A stretch of 64,000 nucleotides of DNA, taken from the NCBI GenBank assembly GCA_016711505.1, contig JADJSV010000003.1:133165-197164 (forward strand), written 5' to 3'. The translations under genes and the position numbers were made by a program. The notes under the pieces are model-generated. The model was not told where the DNA came from. It worked only from the letters and a program-made list of their open reading frames with translations, and did no database searches. Origin of the DNA: Bacteroidota bacterium (GTDB lineage: Bacteria > Bacteroidota > Bacteroidia > AKYH767-A > 2013-40CM-41-45). This document shows positions 37,625 through 48,133 of the stretch, piece after piece; the first letter of the stretch is position 1; every line of letters starts with the position of its first letter.

Positions 37625-38379
37625 TAGAGATCAAGGAAATTTCAAAGAGCTTTAATGGTCGTCAGATCTTAAAAGGTGTTTCTACTACTTTCGAAACAGG
37701 ACATGTAAATCTTGTGATAGGCGGGAGTGGAAGCGGGAAAACAGTTTTGATGAAATCGATGGTAGGTTTAGTTGAAATTGATGGCGGTGAAATCTGGTAC
37801 GATGAAAAAATATTCAGCAACCTCGAAAGAAAAGAAAGAAAACCTTTTCGTCAGGAAATTGGAATGGTATTTCAAGGCGGAGCTTTATTTGATTCTCTGA
37901 ATGTCGAGAAAAATGTGATGTTTCCTCTCAACATGTTCACAAAAATGTCGCTGGAAGAAAAAAGGGAACGTGTTCACTTTTGTCTTAAACGTGTAAATCT
38001 TGTCAATGTAGAGAAACTCACACCTTCTGAATTATCAGGTGGAATGAAAAAACGTGTAGCGATTGCACGCGCTATTGCACCAAGTCCTAAATATCTTTTT
38101 TGCGATGAACCCAATTCAGGACTAGACCCGCAGACATCTATTGTCATAGATAATCTGATAAAGGAAATCACTGAAGAATTCAATATCACTACAATTGTAA
38201 ATACTCATGATATGAATTCTGTTTTAGAGATCGGTGATAAAATTTTGTATGTGCACAAAGGCGAAAAATGGTGGGAAGGGACAAGTGAAGATATCCTCAA
38301 AACTGACAATAAAGAATTAAACGATTTTATTTTCGCAAGTAAGTTGGCGAAGAATATTAAGAAGACGGGACTTATATAG
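37621..38379 (+). CDS. mlaF: MlaF-family ABC transporter ATP-binding protein
   Basis: Walker A GGSGSGKT, ABC signature LSGGMKKRVAIARA, Walker B LFCDEP. Overlaps mlaE by 4 bp. Confidence 0.85.
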   Translation: MIEIKEISKSFNGRQILKGVSTTFETGHVNLVIGGSGSGKTVLMKSMVGLVEIDGGEIWYDEKIFSNLERKERKPFRQEIGMVFQGGALFDSLNVEKNVMFPLNMFTKMSLEEKRERVHFCLKRVNLVNVEKLTPSELSGGMKKRVAIARAIAPSPKYLFCDEPNSGLDPQTSIVIDNLIKEITEEFNITTIVNTHDMNSVLEIGDKILYVHKGEKWWEGTSEDILKTDNKELNDFIFASKLAKNIKKTGLI

Positions 38380-38480
38380 TGAGTAGTAAGTGGTGAGTAG
38401 TAAGTAGCACTGGTTACTTAATTGAAAACTGTATGCAATTTAGTTACTAGTGCTACTTACTACTTACTACTTACCATTTA
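38377..38480. repeat. GTAAGTAG-rich inverted-repeat element between mlaF and the T9SS gene
   Basis: Left arm (tag)tgagtagtaagtggtgagtagtaagtagcactgg starts on the mlaF TAG. Right arm ctagtgctacttactacttactacttacca overlaps the TAG of the minus-strand gene. Related to 24122..24285. Confidence 0.6.
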
Positions 38481-40287
38481 TGAGTACAACTCTCTCATTC
38501 ACCACATCATCTCCCGCAATAAATTGAATTGTGTAATTACCTGATTTTAGATTTGACAGATCAATTGTTTCTTCTGAGAATGATTTAAATGAAAGTGATT
38601 TTACTACACTGCCCAGGGCATTGACTACATTCACGTAAACTGTTCCATCTTTTCCGGAGTTAATGATTTTTATATTTCCGTTTGTTGGATTTGGGTAGAC
38701 TGAAAAATATTTTCCTTTATCAGTTTGCGATACACTTACGAGTGTTGACGATGGATTATTTAATCGTAAAATAAAAACTGCCTGCAAAATATTTCCTACA
38801 TCGATCCATCCACTGCTACCATTGAAGAATCCTTTTCCCGGTGTGAAAATGTTATTCGCAACTCCTAATGATAAATAATTCGTGTCAACTTGATTTACGC
38901 CCAGAAAATAATCTCCACTTGTAACATTGATCGGTGGAACGAATGGCAATGTTAACATTAATCCATTGCCGCCAATTGTATCGTTGGCAGTTATCTCATA
39001 GGCAACTGAGCTTTGAACACTTGCTGAATCAGGCAACCCGCTTGTCATTGAAAAAAGTGAAAGAGATACACTATCACCAACTACAGGACTTTCTAAGTAG
39101 AAAGTTCCTGACGTTACCTGCGAAGACTGATAGATATGATAAACTTGTCCGAGAACACCCTTGTTACCGTTAAATCCTGAACCTCCTGGAATATAACTTG
39201 ACCCATTTATAGCAGTGTAATCACGTGCATTGATTGAATCGTTGACGATCACAAACGCTTCTGCAGTATCATTTGAAGTAAAACTATCACCTGGAATACT
39301 TACAATCTGTTCGATAACATAAAATCCTGTATCTGTCGGTGCGTATGCTCCGGCACTTGTCAGAATTGCCGATGTATCACCGGGATTTATAGTCGATGAA
39401 ATAGTTGCAGCATCAGTATAAACCTGTCCACTTGAATTATAAACATTAAACGTAAGTGTTCCCGAAGAAATAGCGCTACTGCCTTTATTGATGACACGTC
39501 CACTCAGATTGAACGCTGTTGTATTTAATAATGATATGATGCTGTATTCTCCGCCGAAGGCTAAAGGTTGCGCTGCAGCATCGATTGCAGAGATCTCTGA
39601 AATACTCACATCGTCGATCATCCATGAGTAACCGCAGCCGGCGAGTATGTTGATCGTGCTTGGACTATAAAACTGAAATCTGATCCATACAGTAGATTGG
39701 TTTCCTGCAACGGAAGATATATCGATACTTACGATGTCCGGATTCAATGCGGGATTGTTGCCATTGTATTCATTGATCAGCAGATTACCGTTCACTTCAA
39801 AGCGAGTCCAGTTTGTACTATCTGAACTCACATAAATATAAGTCGAGTCATAATAACGTGCATAGTATTGCGAGAATTCAAGTTTGACACTTGGGTTACC
39901 GCTCAGATCAATCGGATTGGCATTTGTCAGATTACCAATTTGATTTCCTGAACAAATAGAATCAGAATCGAATTTTGCAAAACCATTTCCTGCTGTTGCT
40001 GACTGGATAATATTTATCGCTGCTGCACCGGCCGGACCGGTAAGTCCGATTACCCAGTCACCATCGGTACCCGGCTCATGAGTCAATACCCAGTTTGCAG
40101 ATGATGAAAAATCATCGGACCATAAAATTGCATTTGTAGATGCAGTTGAATGTGTCAGGTGTGACTTTTGAGTTGTTTTTAATCTACTACCTAAAGTTTT
40201 CCCTTGTTTATTCCTCATCTGGAATTGTCCAAATGCAGTAACATTAATTAAAAATGTCAGAATAGCGATAGTATATAATTTCTTCAT
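38467..40287 (-). CDS. T9SS cargo adhesin-like protein (N-terminal MAM-like beta-sandwich, CARDB-like middle, type A CTD)
   Basis: Signal peptide. Shared block SDSTNWTRFE...NPDIVSIDISSVAGNQSTVWIRFQF...WMIDDVSISE. C-terminus VYPNPTNGNIKI...GNYTIQF. Confidence 0.7.
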   Translation of the reverse strand: MKKLYTIAILTFLINVTAFGQFQMRNKQGKTLGSRLKTTQKSHLTHSTASTNAILWSDDFSSSANWVLTHEPGTDGDWVIGLTGPAGAAAINIIQSATAGNGFAKFDSDSICSGNQIGNLTNANPIDLSGNPSVKLEFSQYYARYYDSTYIYVSSDSTNWTRFEVNGNLLINEYNGNNPALNPDIVSIDISSVAGNQSTVWIRFQFYSPSTINILAGCGYSWMIDDVSISEISAIDAAAQPLAFGGEYSIISLLNTTAFNLSGRVINKGSSAISSGTLTFNVYNSSGQVYTDAATISSTINPGDTSAILTSAGAYAPTDTGFYVIEQIVSIPGDSFTSNDTAEAFVIVNDSINARDYTAINGSSYIPGGSGFNGNKGVLGQVYHIYQSSQVTSGTFYLESPVVGDSVSLSLFSMTSGLPDSASVQSSVAYEITANDTIGGNGLMLTLPFVPPINVTSGDYFLGVNQVDTNYLSLGVANNIFTPGKGFFNGSSGWIDVGNILQAVFILRLNNPSSTLVSVSQTDKGKYFSVYPNPTNGNIKIINSGKDGTVYVNVVNALGSVVKSLSFKSFSEETIDLSNLKSGNYTIQFIAGDDVVNERVVLINGK

Positions 40288-40365
40288 TTTCCTAAGGTTA
40301 GAATTTACTACTTACAAAGTTAATATTTTTGGTAAGATTTTCGTCATGTATCATATTTCGAAAAC

Positions 40366-40384
40366 TTTAAAGGTATATTTGTTT
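40366..40384 (+). promoter_or_regulatory. candidate Bacteroidota sigma-A -7 element TAnnTTTG (TATATTTG)
   Basis: aaaggTATATTTGtttcg sits about 50 bp upstream of the ATG at 40432. The -33 TTTG is weak. Confidence 0.3.
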
Positions 40385-40431
40385 CGTTCTGGTTCGTCTG
40401 ATTTATTATTGCTAAACTAAAATTAATCAAA

Positions 40432-42201
40432 TTGAAAAAAATTACGTTATCAGTTTTTATATTGTTGTCATTAGCTTTTGCAATTGCAAAAGGAGGACAA
40501 ACAACACTTATTTCAGGATTTGATAGTAAGTCTGAAATCAAGACTATTGGCAAAACGAATTCCCGACAGATTCCCGAAATTTCTGCAAGAATGGGACTTC
40601 AGACAAATCAGACGAACATTGCATTCTATACCGAAGATTTTTCAGGAGGAATTCCTTCTGCCTGGTCTAATGTTGACGTTGCGGGTAACGGGGTAATATG
40701 GACAGCAACCACCACTGGTGCTGCAAATACAGACACTCTTTCTACATTAGGTACCAGTGCAGCTAATGGTTACATTATATTTGATTCCGATGGAGCCGGC
40801 TCTGGAGCCGGTCCCTCAAATGGTGTTCTCACTTCTTCTGCAATTGATTGTTCCGGAAAACCATTTATTGTACTTGGGTTGAATGAGTATTTCTTTCAAT
40901 ATGCATCTAGCACAGGAGTAATTTCTGTAAGTAACGATAGTACAAACTGGACTGAAATTTATCATGCTGAGGCCGGTTTACTTAATAATGAGGCAACAGA
41001 TAACCCCAATGCAATAGATTTCGACATCTCTGCAGTTGCAGGAAATCAAGCTACTGTTTATATACGTTTTGAATATACCGGTAACTGGGAATTCTATTGG
41101 ATGATCGATGATCTTACTCTTTCTGAGCCTCCGAGTGTTAATGCTTCAATCGTAAATATTCCCTTTGAATTTACAGGTTGTTCGTTAAGCGCAACGTATC
41201 CTGTTACAGTTGAAATTAAAAACCTGGGTTCAACTCCTATGACAAATTTCGATATAACTTATATAGCTGATGGCGGGATTCCGGTTACTGAGATTTTCTC
41301 AGGTACGATCAACTTTTACGAATCTGCTCTTTATACCTTTACTTCAAATGCAGATTTTTCTACTGCAGGTTACCATCAGATTGATGCATATATAGGGATT
41401 GCAGGTGATGCTGATCTTACGAACGATACACTATCCAATGCTTCAATTTCTTATAATAGTATAGATCTTACTTCAGGTCCTTATACAATGGGTTTTGAAA
41501 GTTCTGAAGACTTTACTGCTTACACAATTGCATATCCGGATGGTAATTCAGGAACTTTCGACATCTCTCCCTTTTACACGCATTCAGGTTCTGCTTGTCT
41601 TCGTAAAGTAGAAACAATTGTTCCTGACGATAAATGGGTATTTACTCAGTGTGTTGACATTCTTAGCGGTGGAACTCATACTCTGACTTATTACTACAAG
41701 AACTTTGATCTTACGGATATGTGCAGGCTTGAAACATACATCGGCGCTTCTAATTCTGTTGCTGACATGACAACATTAATCGTTCAGGATCCTCTTCCGG
41801 TTGATACTGGTTATCAGCAATCTTCCAGTGTGATTTCTGTTCCTCCCGGAACTTATACAATCGGTTTTCACTTCTATAGTACTGCCGGAACAAGTTCATT
41901 ATTTATAGATGATATCAGTATTGACTTCAACAATAGAATCAACGAAAATATCGCTGCTCCTTTGATAAGTGTTTATCCCAATCCAACCAATGGTAAAGTG
42001 AACATTCAGAATAAGAATACGGATTACAAGAACTTCACAGTTTCTGTAATCAATTCGATAGGATCAGTTGTTATTGTTAAAAATTTCGAATCACTAAGTG
42101 ATGAAACTATCGACCTCTCCGGCCATCCTGCAGGAATCTATTTAGTGAAAGTTCAATCAGCTTCAACTACTGTAAGTGAATCAATTGTATTGATTGAATA
42201 A
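40432..42201 (+). CDS. T9SS cargo adhesin-like protein, paralogue
   Basis: Same conserved block SNDSTNWTEIYHAEAG...NPNAIDFDISAVAGNQATVYIRFEY...YWMIDDLTLSE. CARDB-like VTVEIKNLGSTPMTNFDITY. CTD ISVYPNPTNGKVNIQ. Confidence 0.7.
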   Translation: MKKITLSVFILLSLAFAIAKGGQTTLISGFDSKSEIKTIGKTNSRQIPEISARMGLQTNQTNIAFYTEDFSGGIPSAWSNVDVAGNGVIWTATTTGAANTDTLSTLGTSAANGYIIFDSDGAGSGAGPSNGVLTSSAIDCSGKPFIVLGLNEYFFQYASSTGVISVSNDSTNWTEIYHAEAGLLNNEATDNPNAIDFDISAVAGNQATVYIRFEYTGNWEFYWMIDDLTLSEPPSVNASIVNIPFEFTGCSLSATYPVTVEIKNLGSTPMTNFDITYIADGGIPVTEIFSGTINFYESALYTFTSNADFSTAGYHQIDAYIGIAGDADLTNDTLSNASISYNSIDLTSGPYTMGFESSEDFTAYTIAYPDGNSGTFDISPFYTHSGSACLRKVETIVPDDKWVFTQCVDILSGGTHTLTYYYKNFDLTDMCRLETYIGASNSVADMTTLIVQDPLPVDTGYQQSSSVISVPPGTYTIGFHFYSTAGTSSLFIDDISIDFNNRINENIAAPLISVYPNPTNGKVNIQNKNTDYKNFTVSVINSIGSVVIVKNFESLSDETIDLSGHPAGIYLVKVQSASTTVSESIVLIE

Positions 42202-42295
42202 TTAAACACAAGTCCACTAAAATTTGTCACAAGTGCACTAATGAAAAAAGCATTACTTGTGTCCCGGTAACTAGCGCATTGGCGTCAACTTAATC

Positions 42296-42333
42296 CACAA
42301 AAAAAGGCCACCTGATTCAGGTGGCCTTTTTAA
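42296..42333. terminator. bidirectional intrinsic terminator
   Basis: A7-ggccacctga-tt-tcaggtggcc-T5 lies between convergent genes ending at 42201 and 42349. Confidence 0.7.
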
Positions 42334-42348
42334 AATCTTACTATAAAA

Positions 42349-44094
42349 TTATTTTGTGAGATTCACGATTTGAGTGTTAACACCTTTATCGTTGATCACT
42401 TTAACAACATACTGTCCTGCTGCTTGATTGCTTAGATCAATCATTTCAGCAGATAGTTGACCGAATTTCTTAGCGAAAACTGTCTGTCCAAGTGCATTGA
42501 TAACTTCAACACTGAAAGTAGCTGAATTAACAGTGCTATTTAAATAGATCAATCCTGTTGATGGATTTGGATAAATAACTGTTTTGCCTGCAAGAATGTT
42601 ATTGATACCAACACCTGATGCTCCTGTAATGTTAATGTCATCAATTCTCAATCCAACAAGTGAATCACTATTGTAAGCATGGAAACCGAAATAGTATGTA
42701 CCTGAAGTTGGAACTGTGATCTGAGCTGTTCCCGGTAAATATGCTAGATTAGAAACCAGAACCGCAGGAGATATAACCTGAGAAATCGCTGAGCTATTCT
42801 GAGCCGTTGCTAATACTACACGCATGTTAGTCGGAGTAGATGTACTTGTAGCACGGTAGAAATATGTCAGATCGTAAACCATTGTATCGATCAATTCGAA
42901 ACAAGTTGTGAAAAGATAATCATCTGCAACAGGAGCAGAAATTCTTGCACAAAGGTCGCCTGCATGTGGTAAAACATTTGAAAGATCCCATGAGATAGAA
43001 TCATTGTTGAAATCTTCAATAAAGAAACCTGACAGGTCATCAGACAATTCAAATCCATTTGAATATCCAGGAGTTCCAGGAACGCTGTGTGGACCTGTAA
43101 AGAATGCTCCATTGATAGTGTCATTAGATTGTGTTGTATCACCTAATACAGTAATGAAAGCCTGAATCGTGTGAGCTCCCGGAGCTGAAAAATCAGCTGT
43201 TGCTGAGAACAAATACGATAGAGTTGCTCCCGGTAGAATTGTTGTTGTAACTGTTTCTAATTGCGGAGCGCCGTTATCAGCGATAAACGAAATGTCGAAT
43301 TGAGTAATGTCTGTTCCACCATTGTTATAGATAGAAATTTCGATCGGTTCTGTAGTTGATAATAGTGAACAACTGTTTGAAGGAGAAGTAATGCTCGTTA
43401 AGAAAGCATCTGTTCCTTCTTGCTCATAAAGTGTAATGTCATCAACCATCCAGTAGTAATCATAATCACCGGTAAAGTTGAATTTAATGTAAACAGTTAC
43501 CTGGTTAGCCGCAAGTGCAGTGATATCGATATCAATTGCTGTCGGATTTGGAGTAACATCATTTTGTGCCATTCCTGCTGCTGCATCAAATACCTGAGTC
43601 CAGGTTGAACCATCTGTACTTACTGATACAGTTGCTGTTTCAGCGTAATGCGCGAATAATTCATTGAAGAATAAATGTACGTTGCTGTGAGCTGAACAAT
43701 CAATTGCATCTGTGATCAGATCCGCATCTTCACCACCAACACTGCCATTAGAAGCATCACTATCATAAATCATGTAGCCATTTGCTGCTGATGTATTTGT
43801 GTGGCTTAATGAATCAAATCCCGGATAACTTCCTTGATTTGCAATTCCGGTTGTTGTGTAACTCCAGTTTACGCCATTACCGGCATTATCAAGAGCTTGC
43901 CATCCTGAAGGAAGTCCTGAAGCGAAATCTTCATAGAAGAAAGGTGTTATCGCTTGTGTTTGATTTTGATTTGCTACTTTTTGAACAGCTTTCGTCGTTT
44001 TATTCACATGTCTTTTGCCATTGTTTGTGGTAGCAAATACTGAGAACGAACAAAGTATCAATGAAAGTAAAGCAATACGAGTATAGTTTTTCAT
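42349..44094 (-). CDS. T9SS cargo adhesin-like protein, paralogue
   Basis: Block STDGSTWTQVFDAAAG...NPTAIDIDITALAANQVTVYIKFNF...YWMVDDITLYE. CTD VIYPNPSTGLIYL...GQYVVKV. Confidence 0.7.
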   Translation of the reverse strand: MKNYTRIALLSLILCSFSVFATTNNGKRHVNKTTKAVQKVANQNQTQAITPFFYEDFASGLPSGWQALDNAGNGVNWSYTTTGIANQGSYPGFDSLSHTNTSAANGYMIYDSDASNGSVGGEDADLITDAIDCSAHSNVHLFFNELFAHYAETATVSVSTDGSTWTQVFDAAAGMAQNDVTPNPTAIDIDITALAANQVTVYIKFNFTGDYDYYWMVDDITLYEQEGTDAFLTSITSPSNSCSLLSTTEPIEISIYNNGGTDITQFDISFIADNGAPQLETVTTTILPGATLSYLFSATADFSAPGAHTIQAFITVLGDTTQSNDTINGAFFTGPHSVPGTPGYSNGFELSDDLSGFFIEDFNNDSISWDLSNVLPHAGDLCARISAPVADDYLFTTCFELIDTMVYDLTYFYRATSTSTPTNMRVVLATAQNSSAISQVISPAVLVSNLAYLPGTAQITVPTSGTYYFGFHAYNSDSLVGLRIDDINITGASGVGINNILAGKTVIYPNPSTGLIYLNSTVNSATFSVEVINALGQTVFAKKFGQLSAEMIDLSNQAAGQYVVKVINDKGVNTQIVNLTK

Positions 44095-44164
44095 GCTTCT
44101 TATTTGTTTGTTTATTTGGTTTTAGGGACTCAAATGTATGATTAAATCTATATTTCTCAAAGAT

Positions 44165-44200
44165 TCATATGGTTAAAAAAAAAGAGGCTTATATAGCCTC
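44165..44200 (-). terminator. intrinsic terminator of gcvP overlapping its stop codon
   Basis: The minus-strand RNA gaagaggcuauauaagccucuu followed by U9 includes the UAA stop. Confidence 0.65.
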
Positions 44201-47050
44201 TTCTAAGTATGATTCAATTGGTGGACAAGCGCACACCAGATTACGGTCGCCGTAGGCATTATCAGCTCTGCCAACTGTTGGCCAGAATTTGTGATGACCC
44301 ACGTAAGGCAATGGAAAAGCTGCTTTTTTGCGTGAATAAGCGTGGTTCCAGGCGTCTGAACAGATCACATGCATCGTATGCGGTGCATTTTTCAATACAT
44401 TGTCTTTCTTATCTGATATGCCTTTTTCTATCTCTTCAATTTCTGTTCGGATCTGAATCATGGCCTCACAAAAACGATCCAACTCACTTTTTGGTTCACT
44501 TTCGGTTGGTTCTATCATGATCGTTCCGGGAACAGGGAAGGACATAGTAGGAGCATGGAAGCCGTAATCCATCAGCCTTTTGGCGATATCTTCCACTTCA
44601 ATTCCTGCAGATAATTTGAATGGTCTGCAGTCAATGATCATTTCATGTGCAATCCGATTCGCTGAACCTACATATAGAACAGGGTAGTAGGGTTCTAATT
44701 TTGCTTTAATATAATTCGCATTCAGAATGGCATATTTTGTTGCATCTGTAACACCTTTTCCGCCCAGCATTTTAATGTAAGCGTAGGAGATCAACAATAT
44801 ACTCGCACTTCCCCATGGTGCTGCAGAAACAGCATGCGTACTTCCACCCATTTTAACTAATGGATGCGAAGGAAGGAAAGGGATCAAATGTTTCGCAACT
44901 CCGATCGGGCCCATTCCCGGACCGCCGCCGCCGTGTGGAATAGCAAATGTCTTATGTAAATTCAAATGACAAACATCGGCACCAATTGTCGCCGGATTAG
45001 TCAATCCAACCTGTGCATTCATATTTGCACCATCCATGTAAACCTGTCCGCCATTATCATGAATGATCTTTGTGATCTCTTTAATGCCTTCTTCAAATAC
45101 TCCATGAGTCGATGGATAGGTAACCATCAGACAAGATAGATTTGCTTTATTTGCTTCAGCTTTTTGTCTGAGATCAAGCAAGTCTATATTTCCATGATCA
45201 TCCGTTTTTACAACGATCACTTTCATTCCTGCCATGACTGCACTCGCAGGATTTGTTCCGTGAGCCGATTGAGGGATCAATGAAATGTTCCGGTGATGAT
45301 CGCCACGACTCTGATGATACGCTCTGATCACCATCAATCCTGCATATTCTCCCTGTGCTCCTGAATTTGGCTGCAAAGACATTGCAGCAAATCCTGTGAT
45401 CTCGCAAAGATAATTTTCAAGTGTAGTTATGATTTCTTTATAACCGGCAGTCTGATCTTCCGGTGCAAAGGGATGAATGGAATTCCATTCCGGCCAGCTG
45501 ACAGGAATCATTTCACTCGTTGCATTTAATTTCATTGTGCAACTTCCAAGTGCAATCATCGAATGATTCAATGAAAGATCTTTATTCTCCAATGAAGTTA
45601 TATAACGTAACATTTCTGTTTCAGAATGATGCGTATTAAAAACCGGATGTGTCAGATAAGAACTTGCTCGTTGAAGTGAAGCCGGAATATGAGATGATGA
45701 ATTGCTTACAAGTTTTTCATTACTATTCTTTGATTTTGTCAGTACTGAAAAAATTGTGTTCAATTCTTCATCGCCTGTAGTTTCATCAATGCTGATTGAA
45801 AAAGTAGTGTTGTCAATGTATCTGAAATTGATCTTCGCAGCAATTGCATTTGTTCTTACTTTCTCAAGGTCTGATCCGGCATTCAAAACAATTGTATCGA
45901 AAAAAGTTTTGTGTGATAAAGTATAGCCGGCTTTCATAGCACTCTCTGCTAATCTGCTTGCATTGGAATGAATACTTTCTGCAATTGATTTCAATCCTTG
46001 CGGGCCATGATATACAGCATACATACTGGCCATTACAGCTAACAATACCTGGGCTGTACAGATATTTGATGTTGCTTTATCACGACGAATATGTTGTTCG
46101 CGGGTTTGTAAAGCCATTCTCAAAGCACGATTTCCCTGTGCATCGATAGAAACACCAATGATCCTTCCTGGCATTTCTCTTTTATACGAATCCTTGGCTG
46201 CAAAAAATGCCGCATGTGGGCCGCCAAATCCAAGTGGAACTCCGAATCTTTGTGAATTTCCAAATACAACATCAGCTCCCCATTCACCCGGAGGTGTTAA
46301 TAATGTTAAAGCCATCAGATCAGAAGCCACTGCAATCTGGATTCCATATGATTTTGCCTTAGCTGTCCATTCTTTGTAATCAGTAATGTTTCCTTCTGCA
46401 TCCGGATATTGAATGATTGCACCAAAGAATCCACTATCTGAATTTATTGTATCACTTTTAGCAATGACCAGCTCAATTCCCAATGGAGCAGAGCGGGTCT
46501 TGAGTACATCAATTGTCTGCGGAAAACAATTCGCTGATACAAACAGTTTGTTTGCTCCGCTTTGAACCTGTTCTTTTGTTCGTCCTGCATAAAACATGTG
46601 CATGGCCTCAGCAGCTGCAGTTGCTTCATCAAGTAGTGATGCATTTGTAATTTCCATTCCGGTAAGGTCAAGAACCATTGTCTGATAATTCAACAATGCT
46701 TCTAACCGGCCCTGAGAGATCTCTGCCTGATAAGGTGTATAGGCAGTATACCATCCCGGATTTTCAAAAACGTTTCTTAAAACAACTCCCGGAGTGATAG
46801 TATTATAATAACCCAAACCAATGTGTGAGCCAAACACTTGATTTTTAGAAGCTACATTTCTCAATTCTTTTAAAAAACGGTATTCTTCCTGTCCTTCCGG
46901 CAGATTTAAATTGTTTTTCAGGCGAATACTTTGTGGAACAGTCTGCGAAATCAGTTCATCAAGATTGTTCACACCGATGTCTTTCAACATCTGAATTGTA
47001 TCATCACCATTGGGACCGATATGACGATTAGAAAACTCTGAATTTGACAT
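44189..47050 (-). CDS. gcvP: glycine dehydrogenase (decarboxylating), single-chain P protein
   Basis: 953 aa. N-terminus [13 protein letters not shown]. Two PLP-fold halves. ...[22 protein letters not shown]... Confidence 0.9.
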   Translation of the reverse strand: MSNSEFSNRHIGPNGDDTIQMLKDIGVNNLDELISQTVPQSIRLKNNLNLPEGQEEYRFLKELRNVASKNQVFGSHIGLGYYNTITPGVVLRNVFENPGWYTAYTPYQAEISQGRLEALLNYQTMVLDLTGMEITNASLLDEATAAAEAMHMFYAGRTKEQVQSGANKLFVSANCFPQTIDVLKTRSAPLGIELVIAKSDTINSDSGFFGAIIQYPDAEGNITDYKEWTAKAKSYGIQIAVASDLMALTLLTPPGEWGADVVFGNSQRFGVPLGFGGPHAAFFAAKDSYKREMPGRIIGVSIDAQGNRALRMALQTREQHIRRDKATSNICTAQVLLAVMASMYAVYHGPQGLKSIAESIHSNASRLAESAMKAGYTLSHKTFFDTIVLNAGSDLEKVRTNAIAAKINFRYIDNTTFSISIDETTGDEELNTIFSVLTKSKNSNEKLVSNSSSHIPASLQRASSYLTHPVFNTHHSETEMLRYITSLENKDLSLNHSMIALGSCTMKLNATSEMIPVSWPEWNSIHPFAPEDQTAGYKEIITTLENYLCEITGFAAMSLQPNSGAQGEYAGLMVIRAYHQSRGDHHRNISLIPQSAHGTNPASAVMAGMKVIVVKTDDHGNIDLLDLRQKAEANKANLSCLMVTYPSTHGVFEEGIKEITKIIHDNGGQVYMDGANMNAQVGLTNPATIGADVCHLNLHKTFAIPHGGGGPGMGPIGVAKHLIPFLPSHPLVKMGGSTHAVSAAPWGSASILLISYAYIKMLGGKGVTDATKYAILNANYIKAKLEPYYPVLYVGSANRIAHEMIIDCRPFKLSAGIEVEDIAKRLMDYGFHAPTMSFPVPGTIMIEPTESEPKSELDRFCEAMIQIRTEIEEIEKGISDKKDNVLKNAPHTMHVICSDAWNHAYSRKKAAFPLPYVGHHKFWPTVGRADNAYGDRNLVCACPPIESYLEEAI

Positions 47051-47263
47051 AGTTTGGGGTAATTATGTTTGAGGCGCAAAGGTACGATGATTTAACATAA
47101 AAAAAACGACGAATGTTTGCTGTTGAAAAAAAAACCGAAGGCCTTGCCAATTCATCAATCTTGTTGAGCAGATTTGTTACTTGTCATTCAGATGCAATAA
47201 CTTGAGTCTTCACCTACTTCCTTTGCCAAAAAATCGAAAGTAATTAAGACTTTTATTGTATTT

Positions 47264-48123
47264 TTGAAACTAATAAAAATGCTAATGTTCAGATTCAGTA
47301 TAGTTTTCTTTCTCCTTATTTCAACATTTTGTAACGCTCAGGATACTCTGGTATTGATCACGGGAAAGATCATTCCTGTGAAATCTGTCGACTTAAGCGA
47401 TTATACTATTACCTATAGAACCATAGACGGTACTAAATTAAAAACGATAGATCCTGCCCGGGTCTTCTCCATTAAATATGCAAATGGTGCTGAGAGAGTA
47501 ATTTTCCAAACAGACTCTCTTGACCCGATTGATTTTAGTGAAGATGAAATGCGCCGGTTTATCAAAGGAGAACAAGATGCACGCGAATTTTACAGAAACA
47601 ATACTGTGCGTTATACCAGTTTATTGGTCGGAGGAGTTTCTTCTCTTGGTGCAATCTATGGCTTACCGGGTCCATTGTTATATGCAACTGTGATTGGTGG
47701 ATATTCGCCAAATCTGAAAAAGCGACTAAGCTTTGATCTAAGCGGAAATGCTCTTGAAAAAGCAGGATTATCTTCAGGAAAATTCTTAATAGTTCTACGG
47801 GAAATGTTCAGAATCCTGTTTTTGAAAAAAATTCAGAACTCAAAATTGAAAGAAAGAAATTTATTTTCGCTGAAAATACTACACTCGATTCTGCAGTATC
47901 AATGATAAATTCTGATTTCAAAAAACATCGTGTTCATGCCATAAATCAGAATAATCAACTGAAGCTTTTCCGTTCAAGTGATGACAGAAACCTTGATGAT
48001 GAAATTTATCGTGAAGGATTTGAAAAACGTTCGAGAGATTACAAGATCCGTAACGCCCTCATCGGGGGATTGATCGGATATGTTGTTGGCGGAATTACAC
48101 TGACGGTGATATTCAATAATTGA
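47264..48123 (+). pseudogene. hypothetical signal-peptide protein split by an apparent frameshift near 47755..47790
   Basis: ORF1 (213 aa) loses its protein-like character after ...LSSGKF. The -1 frame reads coherently from about 47758 (KILNSSTGNVQNPVFEKNSELKIERKK...) into ORF2 47902..48123, which ends in a Gly-zipper TM segment. Confidence 0.4.
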
Positions 48124-48133
48124 GTTTACACAG

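Noticed and set aside
47051-47263. Glycine riboswitch upstream of gcvP
   Set aside because: I looked for the GGAGAG / ACCGAAGGGGCAA cores on the gcvP strand. The only loose ACCGAAGGCC match is on the opposite strand and has no partner aptamer.
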